Assembly (NCBI GenBank): GCA_963816185.1
Contig: CAWFJJ010000030.1
Span: 64,001-128,000 of the forward strand
Direction: 5' to 3'
DNA length: 64,000 bases
From: Thermoanaerobaculia bacterium
GTDB taxonomy: Bacteria > Acidobacteriota > Thermoanaerobaculia > UBA5066
Shown here: piece after piece, positions 9,694 through 19,122 of the stretch
Numbering within the stretch: position 1 is the first letter of the stretch
Layout: each line of letters opens with the position of its first letter
Program-made: the position numbers and the translations under genes
The notes under the pieces: generated by a model
Database searches by the model: none
Told to the model about the DNA's origin: nothing
Seen by the model: only the letters and a program-made list of their open reading frames with translations

Positions 9694-10872
9694 TCAGCAG
9701 ACCGGCTTGGGCGGCTTCAGGGCCAGGCAGCACAGACAACCCAGCAGGGCCGAGGCCGCCAGGACATAAAAGCCGCTCACAAAGGTGCCGCTTAAATCAA
9801 CCAGCCGGCCGATAATCGGCGGCATGATCATGACCCCGGCCGCGCCCCAGGTGTTGACAAAGCCCATGGCCACCCCGGGGGTGGCCGGACAGTTGTCCCG
9901 CGCCCCGTTAAAAATGCCGGCGAAGGGCAAGCCTGCCATGATGCCGGTAAAGATAATGCCCAGAAAGGCCATGGTCAGGGTGGTGGAGAGGCCGATCCAG
10001 ACAAAGCCCAGGGCCAGACCCCCACAGGACAGCACCAGAAGCGGTTTGGTGCCCATCAGCTTTTTCCCCAGGATGAGACCGCCCAGGGGCCGGGAGATGA
10101 TCCCCAGCAGCAACACGGTGGAGCCGATGATGCCGGCGGTCTTCGGGGCGAGATGGATGCTCTTGATCAGCAGGGTATTGACCCAGACCCCGGCCGCGAT
10201 GATGGCGCCGAAACTCCCCATCTGCGCCATGGATAGCAGCCAGATATTGGGGTTGGTGAGGACGTTGGACCAGTTGATCTTGGGACTGGTGGTATGGCTG
10301 GGGGTGTCGGGCGCGAACCAGAACCACAGCACCGCCAGCAGGCCCGCCATGGCGCCGGTGACCATGAAGACGTTGTGCCAACCCACCGCGGCCAGCAATT
10401 GGGGGATGCCGTAGATCACAAAGCCGGACCCCAGCAGGATGGAGCCGCCGTAGACCCCCTGGGCCCTTTGGATCTCTTTGCCGGCAAAAAAAGTGGGCAC
10501 ATACCGGGCCCCGGCGATGAAGGCCATGCCCGTGCCGATGCCGATGATGAATTTCAAGACCAGAATCGCCCTATAAGAGTCGGAAAAACCGATCAAAACG
10601 TTGCCCACGGTAATGATAATGAGGGCCCAGAAGGCTATCTTTTTGGCCCCGAGCTTATCGGCCAGCGCCCCTCCGGGTATTTGCAGGGCGCCGTGGGAGA
10701 GAAAGATGGCCGTGGTCAGAAACCCCGCCAGTGCCAGGGTAATGTGTAAATCCTTGACCAGGGTCGGTACCAGCGGGCCATGGTTGGTATAATTGGCGGA
10801 AAAAACAAACCCCAGTGCCGTCACGAACCACAAAGCCTTCCATCTTTGCGCCCAAAAGGCTTCCATATCCAT
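9694..10872 (-). CDS. MFS transporter
   Basis: About 12 hydrophobic segments; GGALADKLGAKK motif A. Confidence 0.9.
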   Translation of the reverse strand: MDMEAFWAQRWKALWFVTALGFVFSANYTNHGPLVPTLVKDLHITLALAGFLTTAIFLSHGALQIPGGALADKLGAKKIAFWALIIITVGNVLIGFSDSYRAILVLKFIIGIGTGMAFIAGARYVPTFFAGKEIQRAQGVYGGSILLGSGFVIYGIPQLLAAVGWHNVFMVTGAMAGLLAVLWFWFAPDTPSHTTSPKINWSNVLTNPNIWLLSMAQMGSFGAIIAAGVWVNTLLIKSIHLAPKTAGIIGSTVLLLGIISRPLGGLILGKKLMGTKPLLVLSCGGLALGFVWIGLSTTLTMAFLGIIFTGIMAGLPFAGIFNGARDNCPATPGVAMGFVNTWGAAGVMIMPPIIGRLVDLSGTFVSGFYVLAASALLGCLCCLALKPPKPVC

Positions 10873-11198
10873 AAAATTGTTCCCCTTTTAAAATGAAAAA
10901 ATGCTGGCAGGTTGACCTCAATGTCTGGCTCTCGCACCCCGATTCACTGGCTGCATAATCGTCTCAATCTTTCTCACTCACCTCCTATCTATGCTCATTT
11001 GGCTGCCTGGTCGACCTTCACCGCAGGAAACCCCAAAAAAAAAATCCCCAGGCAGCACGCCATATCGAAGGCGCCGCGCAGGGGTAACCTGTAAACCTTG
11101 ACAAGCATGGTCAGAGGACGTAAAGTCTATCACGCGTTGTACCCGGCCCCGGCGGTGTTCTCAGCACCAAAGGGGCATTTTATTTTCCTGGCTCTACT

Positions 11199-11888
11199 TT
11201 AAACTTTGCTTGTTCTGTCTTCCCGCCTCCCGGCTTCCCCGGCATCGTAACAGGCCAGGGCGGCCCGTTGCGCCATTAAATGGTCGTGCATGATCTTCTC
11301 GGCCGCAGCCGGGTTCTGATGGTGAAACGCCGCCATGATCAGCCGGTGTTCTTTCAGGGAAGCCTCCAGGCGGCCGGGCAGCCTCAGCTGCCGCCCCCGC
11401 AGGAGCTTGAGGAATTTGCGCAAATCCCCCACCGTCTTCTGCAGCCAGAGGTTGTCGGCCAGCTTCTGCACCGCCTGGTGAAAGATATAGTTTTGCTCGT
11501 AATAGCGGTCGATATCCCCGGCCGCGGCGAATTTTTCCAGTTTGGCGTGGATCTCGTCCAGGCGTTTGAGGTCGGCGGGCCCGGCCTTGCGCACCGCGTC
11601 GTAAGCACAGCGCCCCTCCAACAGCGCCATGACCGGAAAGATCTCATCCAGGTCCTGTTCGGTCAGTTCGGCCACGAAGCAGCCGCGGCGGGGTTTCAGG
11701 ACCACCAGGCCCTCGCTGTTCAGCACCTTGAGGGCTTCCCGCAGCGGCGTGCGGCTGATGCCGAAAGATTCGGCCAGGGTCTGCTCGTCGATCCACTCCC
11801 CCGGCTTCAGGTCGTAACTGTAAATCCTCTGACGGATGCGCTCGGCGACCTCCTGATAAAGCACGACCGGGGTGATACGGCTGTTCAT
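11199..11888 (-). CDS. GntR/FadR-family (FCD) transcriptional regulator
   Basis: LYQEVAERIR...IDEQTLAESFGISRTPLREALKVL HTH; FHQ...EH...H FCD residues; ATG at 11888. Confidence 0.92.
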   Translation of the reverse strand: MNSRITPVVLYQEVAERIRQRIYSYDLKPGEWIDEQTLAESFGISRTPLREALKVLNSEGLVVLKPRRGCFVAELTEQDLDEIFPVMALLEGRCAYDAVRKAGPADLKRLDEIHAKLEKFAAAGDIDRYYEQNYIFHQAVQKLADNLWLQKTVGDLRKFLKLLRGRQLRLPGRLEASLKEHRLIMAAFHHQNPAAAEKIMHDHLMAQRAALACYDAGEAGRREDRTSKV

Positions 11889-11903
11889 GGCAGCTCCGAT
11901 TGC

Positions 11904-11929
11904 ATTATGCATGCATAATTATGAATTAT
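11904..11929. promoter_or_regulatory. Palindromic operator candidate directly upstream of the GntR gene
   Basis: Perfect palindrome ATTATGCATGCATAAT (11904-11919) overlapping the near-palindrome ATGCATAATTATGAAT (11911-11926). Confidence 0.6.
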
Positions 11930-12196
11930 TATACCGCCCGGCGGCTTCTTTCAAGAGAATTTTACTCCGGCGGGCGCCGCGGGCAAAATATATTTTGGCG
12001 AATAGTGGCACAGGCCTCTGGCCCGTGTTCCTTTAATTACCCTTGCCACCCGCTGGCGGTCGAAGACGGCTGGAAAGGGGGCGTAGGGGCAATCTGGCGG
12101 TGCCTTTCCAACCCGGAGATTTTGGCAACCAAAAAGGCGGCAGGGATATTCCCCAGCCGCCCTGGAATTTTTAAATCCGACCACCTGCCCGTGGGT

Positions 12197-12733
12197 TTAC
12201 TTCTTAAATTCCCGGTGGCAGACGAGCATGCGATCCACCAGCGCCTGCAGTTCCTGTCGCATCGCCTCCCTCTGGCCGCGGTCCACGGCTAGCTGTAACT
12301 TCTCCACGTGCGCCAGATATTCGGCCATCAGCCCTTGCCATTCCGGTTTGGCCAATTTAGCGAAGAGACGGGAATTCTCCACCAAGTCCTGCACCGTCTT
12401 AGTGTCAGGAATGCTCCCTTCCTTAATGAGGCGCTGCAGCTCTTTAAAAGGGACGTTCAACCTGGCTTTGATGGCCTTCAGGGAAACGGACTCCTGGGGA
12501 CTGGCCTCCTTCGCCACCGGTCGGCGGCCTGCACCCGTGGGCCACCGCAACTTGATTTTGGCGACCACCTCGCCCTCTTCTTCCTTGAGGTGCATAGTGC
12601 CCTCCACCTGCTCCGGCACCGTCCAGACGCGGCTCTCGCCCTTTAGCTGGCCGCCTTGCACCTGCTGGCTCAAGTCCGCCAGGAAGTCAGCCAGTTCCTG
12701 CCGGCTGAATCTCTTTTCCACTTTTATTCCCAT
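12197..12733 (-). CDS. Amphi-Trp domain plus XXXCH domain protein (GAK-system type)
   Basis: N-terminal SRQELADFLxxL...KIKLRW (amphi-Trp); helical C-terminal domain ending MLVCHREFKK. Confidence 0.7.
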   Translation of the reverse strand: MGIKVEKRFSRQELADFLADLSQQVQGGQLKGESRVWTVPEQVEGTMHLKEEEGEVVAKIKLRWPTGAGRRPVAKEASPQESVSLKAIKARLNVPFKELQRLIKEGSIPDTKTVQDLVENSRLFAKLAKPEWQGLMAEYLAHVEKLQLAVDRGQREAMRQELQALVDRMLVCHREFKK

Positions 12734-12955
12734 GCCGCTCTCCTAAGCGAATTAATAATCTGGCGAAAGCTAATTTTTCTCAGACCTATTGATAAAATAG
12801 GAATCGGGATTTCAGAGGCAAGGGATTAGGCGCCAGGGAGGGGGAAAATTGCATTGTCGAAAGGTTTATGCTAATTTACCGCAGTTATTGATCTGGAAGA
12901 AATATACCCGAGGCTCCCAAGATTCCTGGGCCCTGAAAATTAAGGCAGGACCGGC

Positions 12956-14376
12956 ATGATTGGGCACATCGAGAACGGGTTACGGTTATCGGCGGTATCA
13001 TCATTGCGGCGTTATTCCTGATTTTGTATTTGGCGATAACTTCAACTAAAATGGGATATACCTGCCCTCCGCACCTCTGAAGGTCTGCCGCTGGCCGCCG
13101 ATTTTGCCATTATTGGTCGGCCTCCCGGCTGGCCCTCTCCGGCCAACCTGGCCTCGGTTTATAACCTTGACGTGCTGCACGAAATGCAACAGCAGTTGCT
13201 CGGAGCCCAGCATCGTTATGGGGTTGGCTGGTATTATCCGCCCAGCTTTTTATTGATGGTGCTGCCCCTGGGGTTTACTGCCTTATCTTCCGGCTTTCCT
13301 TGTCTGGATTATAACAACGCTTATTCTCTATCTCGCTGGTCTTGTCCCGCACCAGCGCTCATCCCATTATCTTGATTTTATGTCTCTGTTTTCCCGGGAT
13401 CTTCGAGAACTTTTTTTTTGGCCAAAATGGCTTCCTTTCCGGCGCCTTATTAGGTGGTCGGCTTGTTGCTCCTGGACGGCTGGCCAATTCTGGCCGGATG
13501 TTTAATCGGCCTCTTGAGTTACAAACCTACCTTGCTGATACTTAGCCTTAGCGGCTTTAATTTTCGGACGTTATTGGAAAACGCTAATCAGCGCCCTGGC
13601 CAGTGCACTAATTTTGGCGCTAGCCAGCGCCTGTGGTATTTGGGGTTCAGGTCTGGACCGCTTACTGGGAGACGATGTCTATTCCCATGAGGCAACTGGA
13701 AGTTGGTATGGCGATTTGGAGCATTATGCCGACCTTTTTTGCCGCCACTCTCTCGGCCGGGTTTGGAATAATGGCCGCTTATCTGGTCCAGGGGGTGGCG
13801 ATGCTGCTGGCGGTCGCCGGGGTGGCCTGGGTCTGGCGCCGCCATACTGGCTTAGCCCTGCGCGGCTCGGTTTTGGTGCTGGGAACCTTCCTGTTCACTC
13901 CCTATGCCCAGATCTACGATCTTGCCCTCCTGGCCCTGCCACTCTGCTGGCTCTGGGAGGAGGGCCGTATCCACGGCAGACTGCCTGGAGAACTGCTCCT
14001 CCTATTTATTGGCTGGCTAATGCCTTTGGCCGAGCAGATACTGTGGAATTGGATAAATATCTTTGATGGAAAATTGCAGATCGCTCCGGTAATTATCCTG
14101 GCCCTGTTCTTTCTGTCTCTGGTAAAGGCAGGCAGGCAATGGGCAGGGACCCGGTTAATCTCTGAGGTCAATCCTCCCGGCGTTTTTCTTCAATATACTC
14201 CCTTCGGCGTTAACCGATCCAGGTCGCTCTCAGCCTCTCTCCCCCCAGTCCTCGATCTCAGCGCCACCATCGCCCCATTCGGTGGGGCGGGCGTCACCCG
14301 CCCGCCAGTTTTGCGGTGCACGCCTGCGCACTCCACCTGCTTGCGCCTTTTTTGGCCACTTTGCGTCTTGGCGTGA
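12956..14376 (+). pseudogene. Glycosyltransferase family 87 (DUF2029)-like membrane protein, multiple frameshifts
   Basis: Fragments in different frames: YWSASRLAL, WYYPPSFLL, GQNGFL, YKP, TPYAQIYDLALL. Probably sequencing indels; true 3' end uncertain. Confidence 0.7.
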
Positions 14377-14742
14377 GAGCTATCTTGCCTGAAAGGTAAG
14401 TTAGCCTGACCAACCACGGTCCTGTCTGGACCTGACCCAGCCCTGGGCCGTTTTTGGGATCGAGGTTTTTCCTTAGGTTGGGGCCATTATCTATCAATAA
14501 ATTCAGGGTTCTCGAAGCTAAAAATCAGGACAACCCTGATTTACCTCCACCTTTAGATAAACCATATTAACCTCACAAGCATGAGAGCACAGCCTGGAAC
14601 CAAAAAACCCGACAAGGAGGATAAGCTCAAACATCAGACCACGAAAAGCCATGGCAAGGGCTGCAGTAAGGTTAATCACCCTCAAAAGAGACTGAAGCTT
14701 TAATTAACTCAGAGCTCGCCATAAAAATACTTGGAGGAATAC

Positions 14743-14927
14743 ATGAACGCTCTCAGAAATTTCGTACAAGATGAATCCGGCGCCAGCGCCGTGGAATATG
14801 GTCTGTTGGTTGCTTTGATTGCCGTGGTCATCATCGGCGCGGTCACCGCCCTGGGGAATCGCTCAGCGGCATGTTCAAGGGTGTGGCCGCCACGATCAGT
14901 GGCGTTTCGACTACTGCTGGTTCGTGA
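14743..14927 (+). CDS. flp: Flp family type IVb pilin, copy 1 (1-nt frameshift near 14858)
   Basis: MNALRNFVQDESGASAVEYGLLVALIAVVIIGAVTALG; adding one base restores SLSGMFKGVAATISGVSTTAGS*. Confidence 0.88.
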
Positions 14928-15062
14928 GTTATGGTTCAGGGGGTAGGCCTGGAGCCTCCCTCTGGAACTGTGACCTTGGAAAATTAGCCAATTATGCAAT
15001 GGCCCATAAACAATGAACGAAGCTGCTTATGGCCCATCTGATAAAAATACTTGGAGGAAATC

Positions 15063-15302
15063 ATGAACGCTCTCAGAAATTTCGTAAAAGATGAATCCGG
15101 CGCCAGCGCCGTGGAATATGGTCTGTTGGTAGCTTTGATTGCCGTGGTCATCATCGGCGCGGTCACCGCCCTGGGGACTTCGCTCAGCGGCATGTTCAAG
15201 GGTGTGGCCACCACGATCAGTGGCGTTTCGACTACTGCTGGTATGATTATGGTTCCAGGGGGAGGCCTGGGGCTAACGCCGGGCCTCCCCCTGGAACTGT
15301 GA
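15063..15302 (+). CDS. flp: Flp family type IVb pilin, copy 2
   Basis: DESG^ASAVEYGLLVALIA motif; the C-terminus runs into a hairpin, so the true stop may be near 15245. Confidence 0.9.
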   Translation: MNALRNFVKDESGASAVEYGLLVALIAVVIIGAVTALGTSLSGMFKGVATTISGVSTTAGMIMVPGGGLGLTPGLPLEL

Positions 15303-15388
15303 TCGTGGGAAATTAGCCAATTATGCAATGGCCCATAAACAATGAAGAAGCTGCTTATGCCCCATCTCTACAAGGAGCGGTTTTTCTC

Positions 15389-15565
15389 ATGATAGGAAAA
15401 TTGTTCAAGGATGAATCTGGGGCCAGCGCTGTGGAGTACAGCCTGCTATTGGGCCTGATTGCTCTAATCGTCATGGTTGCGATAACGGCTCTTGGTCAAG
15501 CACTTTCAACCCTGTACAGCAATTTCGCCACTACAGTAGCACACTGGGACACCACGGGTACCTGA
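15389..15565 (+). CDS. flp: Flp family type IVb pilin, divergent third copy
   Basis: MIGKLFKDESGASAVEYSLLLGLIALIV; RBS AAGGAG. Confidence 0.9.
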   Translation: MIGKLFKDESGASAVEYSLLLGLIALIVMVAITALGQALSTLYSNFATTVAHWDTTGT

Positions 15566-15603
15566 CCCTGGTACTGGCAAGTTACAAAGGGAGGGCGATC
15601 GCC

Positions 15604-15687
15604 ATGGAAACCTCGATACTGTTGCACTTTCTGGCGGTTACGGTCTTAATCGGCCTGGCCTCCAGCTACCTTAAAAGAATCGTTTGA
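15604..15687 (+). CDS. 27-aa single-TM small protein
   Basis: RBS GGGAGG; METSILLHFLAVTVLIGLASSYLKRIV*. Confidence 0.4.
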   Translation: METSILLHFLAVTVLIGLASSYLKRIV

Positions 15688-15788
15688 ACTCAGGAAGTAA
15701 GTCCCTGAGATGCTGATCTCACCGGGGATGGGGACGAAGGGCCTTGGCAAATTCTTCGCCCCCACCCCGCTATTGTAAGGAGACACCG

Positions 15789-16319
15789 GTGCAATTTTAT
15801 TGGCCCGAGGCTCAGACCTGGATCGCTGCTCATGAGAGCCTGATAGCCCCTCTGCTTATTGCCGCCTTGATCTCATGGAGCGACCTGAGGACCAGGAAAA
15901 TTCCCAATTACCTCACCTTGGGCGCGGCCCTGGCCGGCTTGCTTTACAATCTGGCCGTTTTCGGGCTGAGTGGTTTAACCTCAGGTATTCTTGGTCTGTT
16001 GATGGGATTCGGGTTTTTGATCCTGCCTTATATCTTGGGCGGTATGGGCGCCGGCGACGTCAAGGCCCTGGCGGCCTTGGGAGCCTGGCTGGGACCATGG
16101 GGCACTTTAGGTCTGTTTTGTTATATGGCCATCGCCGGAGGGGTCATGGCCCTGGGAGTCTTGATCTGGAAAGGGCTTCTTTGGCAAAAGCTCCTGAATA
16201 TGGTCCTCTGTCAGGATCAAGTGTCGGCTCTGTTACCAACCCAGAAGACGCCGGGTATTCCTTATGGGGTGGCCATGGCTCTGGGCATGCTGGCCCTAAT
16301 GGTGACCGGGGGAATCTGA
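15789..16319 (+). CDS. cpaA: Prepilin peptidase, A24 family (CpaA/TadV)
   Basis: SDLRTRKIPN, GGMGAGDVKALAALGAWLG, IPYGVAM; start uncertain. Confidence 0.9.
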   Translation: MQFYWPEAQTWIAAHESLIAPLLIAALISWSDLRTRKIPNYLTLGAALAGLLYNLAVFGLSGLTSGILGLLMGFGFLILPYILGGMGAGDVKALAALGAWLGPWGTLGLFCYMAIAGGVMALGVLIWKGLLWQKLLNMVLCQDQVSALLPTQKTPGIPYGVAMALGMLALMVTGGI

Positions 16320-16322
16320 CCT

Positions 16323-16799
16323 ATGAAGCCCTGGAAATTACGTCTGCAAAGGATTGCGGCAACTGACGGTCTGGCAGTGGTGGAGTTCGCCATCATCCTC
16401 AGCGTCTTCCTCATGATGCTCCTGGGGATCCTCGAGTTTGGCTACGATTGGTATCTGAAGCACGCCCTGACCAACGCCTCTCGGGATGGGGCCCGTTACG
16501 GGGTGATGTTTAAGACCGACACCGCCACCAACAGCCAGATCTATCCGAGCCAGCTGCCTCACGGCACCTGGAAAACGATACAGGACGTGGTCAAGCAGGA
16601 ATTAAACGGTGAGCTGCCCAGCGCCATTGCCTCCAGCGTCACGGTAGTTCCTTCCGGAACCGCCATGACGGCTCCGGGTCCGGGAGCTCCTCTCACCGTC
16701 ACGGTGACCGCCACCAAGAACTGGTCCGCCCTGGGTGCTTTGATACCCAGCATTAATAACATGACCGTAGCGGTCCAAACCACCATGAATTTAGAGTGA
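16323..16799 (+). CDS. tadE: TadE/TadG family pseudopilin
   Basis: DGLAVVEFAIIL...GILEFG...NASRDGARYG. Confidence 0.88.
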   Translation: MKPWKLRLQRIAATDGLAVVEFAIILSVFLMMLLGILEFGYDWYLKHALTNASRDGARYGVMFKTDTATNSQIYPSQLPHGTWKTIQDVVKQELNGELPSAIASSVTVVPSGTAMTAPGPGAPLTVTVTATKNWSALGALIPSINNMTVAVQTTMNLE

Positions 16800-17614
16800 G
16801 CGCCATGCTAAACTTACCCAAGGGAGTTTCTTATATTTTGATCGCAGTGGTGGCAGGTCTTGTGGCTACTCTAGGTATTCGCAGCTATATCGCCCGTAAG
16901 ACCTATATAGCCCCCATAGCCACCGGCCAGGTGGTCGTAGCTACCGCCGAAGTCGCTCCGGGCAATGCCCTGAACGGCGCCTCCCTCAAGATTGCCACCT
17001 GGCCTCAAGAGCTGATCCCGCCTCAGGCCGCTTCCAATTTAAACCAGGTGGCTGGCCGGGTAGTCTTGAATCCCATTTCCAGCGGGGAGCCTGTCCTGCT
17101 CGGCAAGCTCGCCCCCATAGGCACCGCCGCCGGCTTGAGTAGCTTGATGGAAGAGAACAACCGGGCCTTTACGATCCGGGTCGATGATGTTTCGGGGGTG
17201 GCCGGCTTTATTCATCCCGGAGACAAGGTGGACATCCTGGCGGATATGAAATTGCGCGTCCTCGATGAGAGCTTCTCCAAGACCATCCTGCAAAACGTCA
17301 AGGTCTTGAGTACCGGTCAGACCTGGGAGCAAAAGGGCGGGGAGGCGAAACCCATGCTGGTGAATACCGTCACCCTGGAATTAACCCCTCAGCAGTCGGA
17401 GGTTATGAATCTGGCCAGCAATGAAGGGAAGATTCGCCTGGTGCTCAGAGGCCGCCACAATGACACCATCGTCCAGACTGATGGCGTGGCCACCTCGGCG
17501 CTCTTTGGCGTTGCCAAAAAAGCGGCACCGGAACCAACGGTGAAAGAGGCGAAAAAAGAAGATCGCACCGTCGAGATGATTAAAGGCATGGAGCGTTCCA
17601 AAAGCAATATCTAG
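16796..17614 (+). CDS. cpaB: Flp pilus assembly protein CpaB/RcpC
   Basis: SAF domain, RAFTIRVDDVSGVAGFIHPGDKVDIL, TILQNVKVL, VTLELTP. Confidence 0.93.
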   Translation: MSAMLNLPKGVSYILIAVVAGLVATLGIRSYIARKTYIAPIATGQVVVATAEVAPGNALNGASLKIATWPQELIPPQAASNLNQVAGRVVLNPISSGEPVLLGKLAPIGTAAGLSSLMEENNRAFTIRVDDVSGVAGFIHPGDKVDILADMKLRVLDESFSKTILQNVKVLSTGQTWEQKGGEAKPMLVNTVTLELTPQQSEVMNLASNEGKIRLVLRGRHNDTIVQTDGVATSALFGVAKKAAPEPTVKEAKKEDRTVEMIKGMERSKSNI

Positions 17615-17914
17615 TCATGGGACGCCTATCGGGGAACGCAGGTCCGTCTCATTTTGCGGCCCCCTTAGCTGCGTAATTAGAGATATTGACTTCTCCGTAG
17701 TCTCCGGTACGCCCAGGCAATTAATTTAGAGGCCAGGAGTGTGCCGTATGCTCGCAAGCAGAAGAACACCGCTGGCGTTCTTCAATGATCTCGGCCCTGA
17801 CACCCGTGGTCAGTTAGCCACCTGGAGCACTGGGTTTTAAGGGCGAGGCCAAGAAATCTTCGGATCTGCCGGGTGCCGGTTAATTTCGGCAGAGTCCACC
17901 TAAGGGAGTGCAAG

Positions 17915-19108
17915 GTGCAGTCTGAAAATTTAACCATTTCAGTACTATTTGGGACTGGCGTCCAACGGCCGGAGATCCAGCAGGTTCTGGAAAGCTTCCC
18001 GCAACTGAAATTGTTGGAGCAGACTTGCGATCCTAAGAATTACTCTAGTCGGCACCAGGGGATCTGGCCGGATCTGGTCCTGGTGGAGATGGATGGGGAA
18101 AATACCATTCCCGCCTGGTTGGAGAAGCTGCCCCAAGACCTGCCGAAGACCCCCGTTTTGCTCTGTTCCCACAACCGGGAACCGGAGTTTTTGATCAAGG
18201 CCATGCAGGTGGGAATCAGAGAATTCCTGCCGCTCCCCATGACTCTCGTCGATTTGGAAGCCGCGGTAAACCGGGTATGGCTGTCCCGACGGCGGCAGCA
18301 GACGGCAGAAAAAACCGATGGGCAAGTGATCGTGGTCACCGGACACAAGGGTGGCTCGGGGAGCACCACGGTGGCGGTTAGCCTGGCTATCGCCCTGTCG
18401 GAGCTGAATACGGGCAACATAGCTCTGATGGATTTGGGCAGGCCCTTCCCGGATGTGGGAAATTTTCTGGACGTGGACCCAAACTATACCATCCTCGATT
18501 TAGCCCAAAATCTGGCCGACCTGGACCAGTCTTTCCTGCAGCGGATCATGCAACCCTATGGGACTAACCTCTTTGTTTTGCATGGGATTCAGGATTTTCG
18601 CGAACAGGAGAGCGTCGAATTGGAGGCCTTAAGCAAGATCTTCAAACTGCTGCGCAGCCTTTACCGCTATGTCATCGTTGATCTGAGCCACTGGCTGGAC
18701 GAGTTTTTCCTCCAGGCGGTCATGGAAGCAGACTTGGTGCTGATGCTCACCGGGCTCACCGTCCCGGATCTGCGCAACCTGAAGAGGTTGTGGCCGTCGT
18801 TGTTGGAATGGTATCCTGAGCGCCGCAAAATCAAACTGGTGGTGAACCGGTTCGATCGCGCCAACGGCTTGCAGCTGAAGGATCTGGAGCAGTTGCTGCA
18901 GCAGAATGTCTTTGCTACCCTGGCCAGCGATTATGCCGTCATGATGGAAACGCTGAACTGCGGGACGCCTCTGGGCCTCACGGCGCCGCGCTGCAAGCTG
19001 TGGAAGGGCATCCAGACCCTGGCTGAACAAGTGACCCGGGAATTGCCGGGAGAATTACAAGAACAGGCCCTGGAAGCCTCATCCAAGCGAAAATTCTGGA
19101 TTTTTTAG
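17915..19108 (+). CDS. cpaE: Pilus assembly protein CpaE/TadZ (atypical receiver plus MinD-like ATPase)
   Basis: AMQVGIREFL, KGGSGSTTVAVSLA, YVIVDL, KLVVNR; start uncertain (GTG 17915 or 17873). Confidence 0.88.
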   Translation: MQSENLTISVLFGTGVQRPEIQQVLESFPQLKLLEQTCDPKNYSSRHQGIWPDLVLVEMDGENTIPAWLEKLPQDLPKTPVLLCSHNREPEFLIKAMQVGIREFLPLPMTLVDLEAAVNRVWLSRRRQQTAEKTDGQVIVVTGHKGGSGSTTVAVSLAIALSELNTGNIALMDLGRPFPDVGNFLDVDPNYTILDLAQNLADLDQSFLQRIMQPYGTNLFVLHGIQDFREQESVELEALSKIFKLLRSLYRYVIVDLSHWLDEFFLQAVMEADLVLMLTGLTVPDLRNLKRLWPSLLEWYPERRKIKLVVNRFDRANGLQLKDLEQLLQQNVFATLASDYAVMMETLNCGTPLGLTAPRCKLWKGIQTLAEQVTRELPGELQEQALEASSKRKFWIF

Positions 19109-19122
19109 GGGAGTGAACCTCA

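Larger units (their letters stand above)
14721..15367 (+). repeat. ~320-bp direct tandem duplication containing flp pilin gene and downstream hairpin
   Basis: 14721-15040 and 15041-15367 both start ATAAAAATACTTGGAGGAA and end with GAAGCTGCTTATG.CCCATCT. Confidence 0.92.

Noticed and set aside
14400-14720. Possible c-di-GMP riboswitch or sigma54 promoter upstream of flp
   Set aside because: No GEMM consensus is visible, and TGGCAAGGGCTGCA has the wrong -24/-12 spacing.
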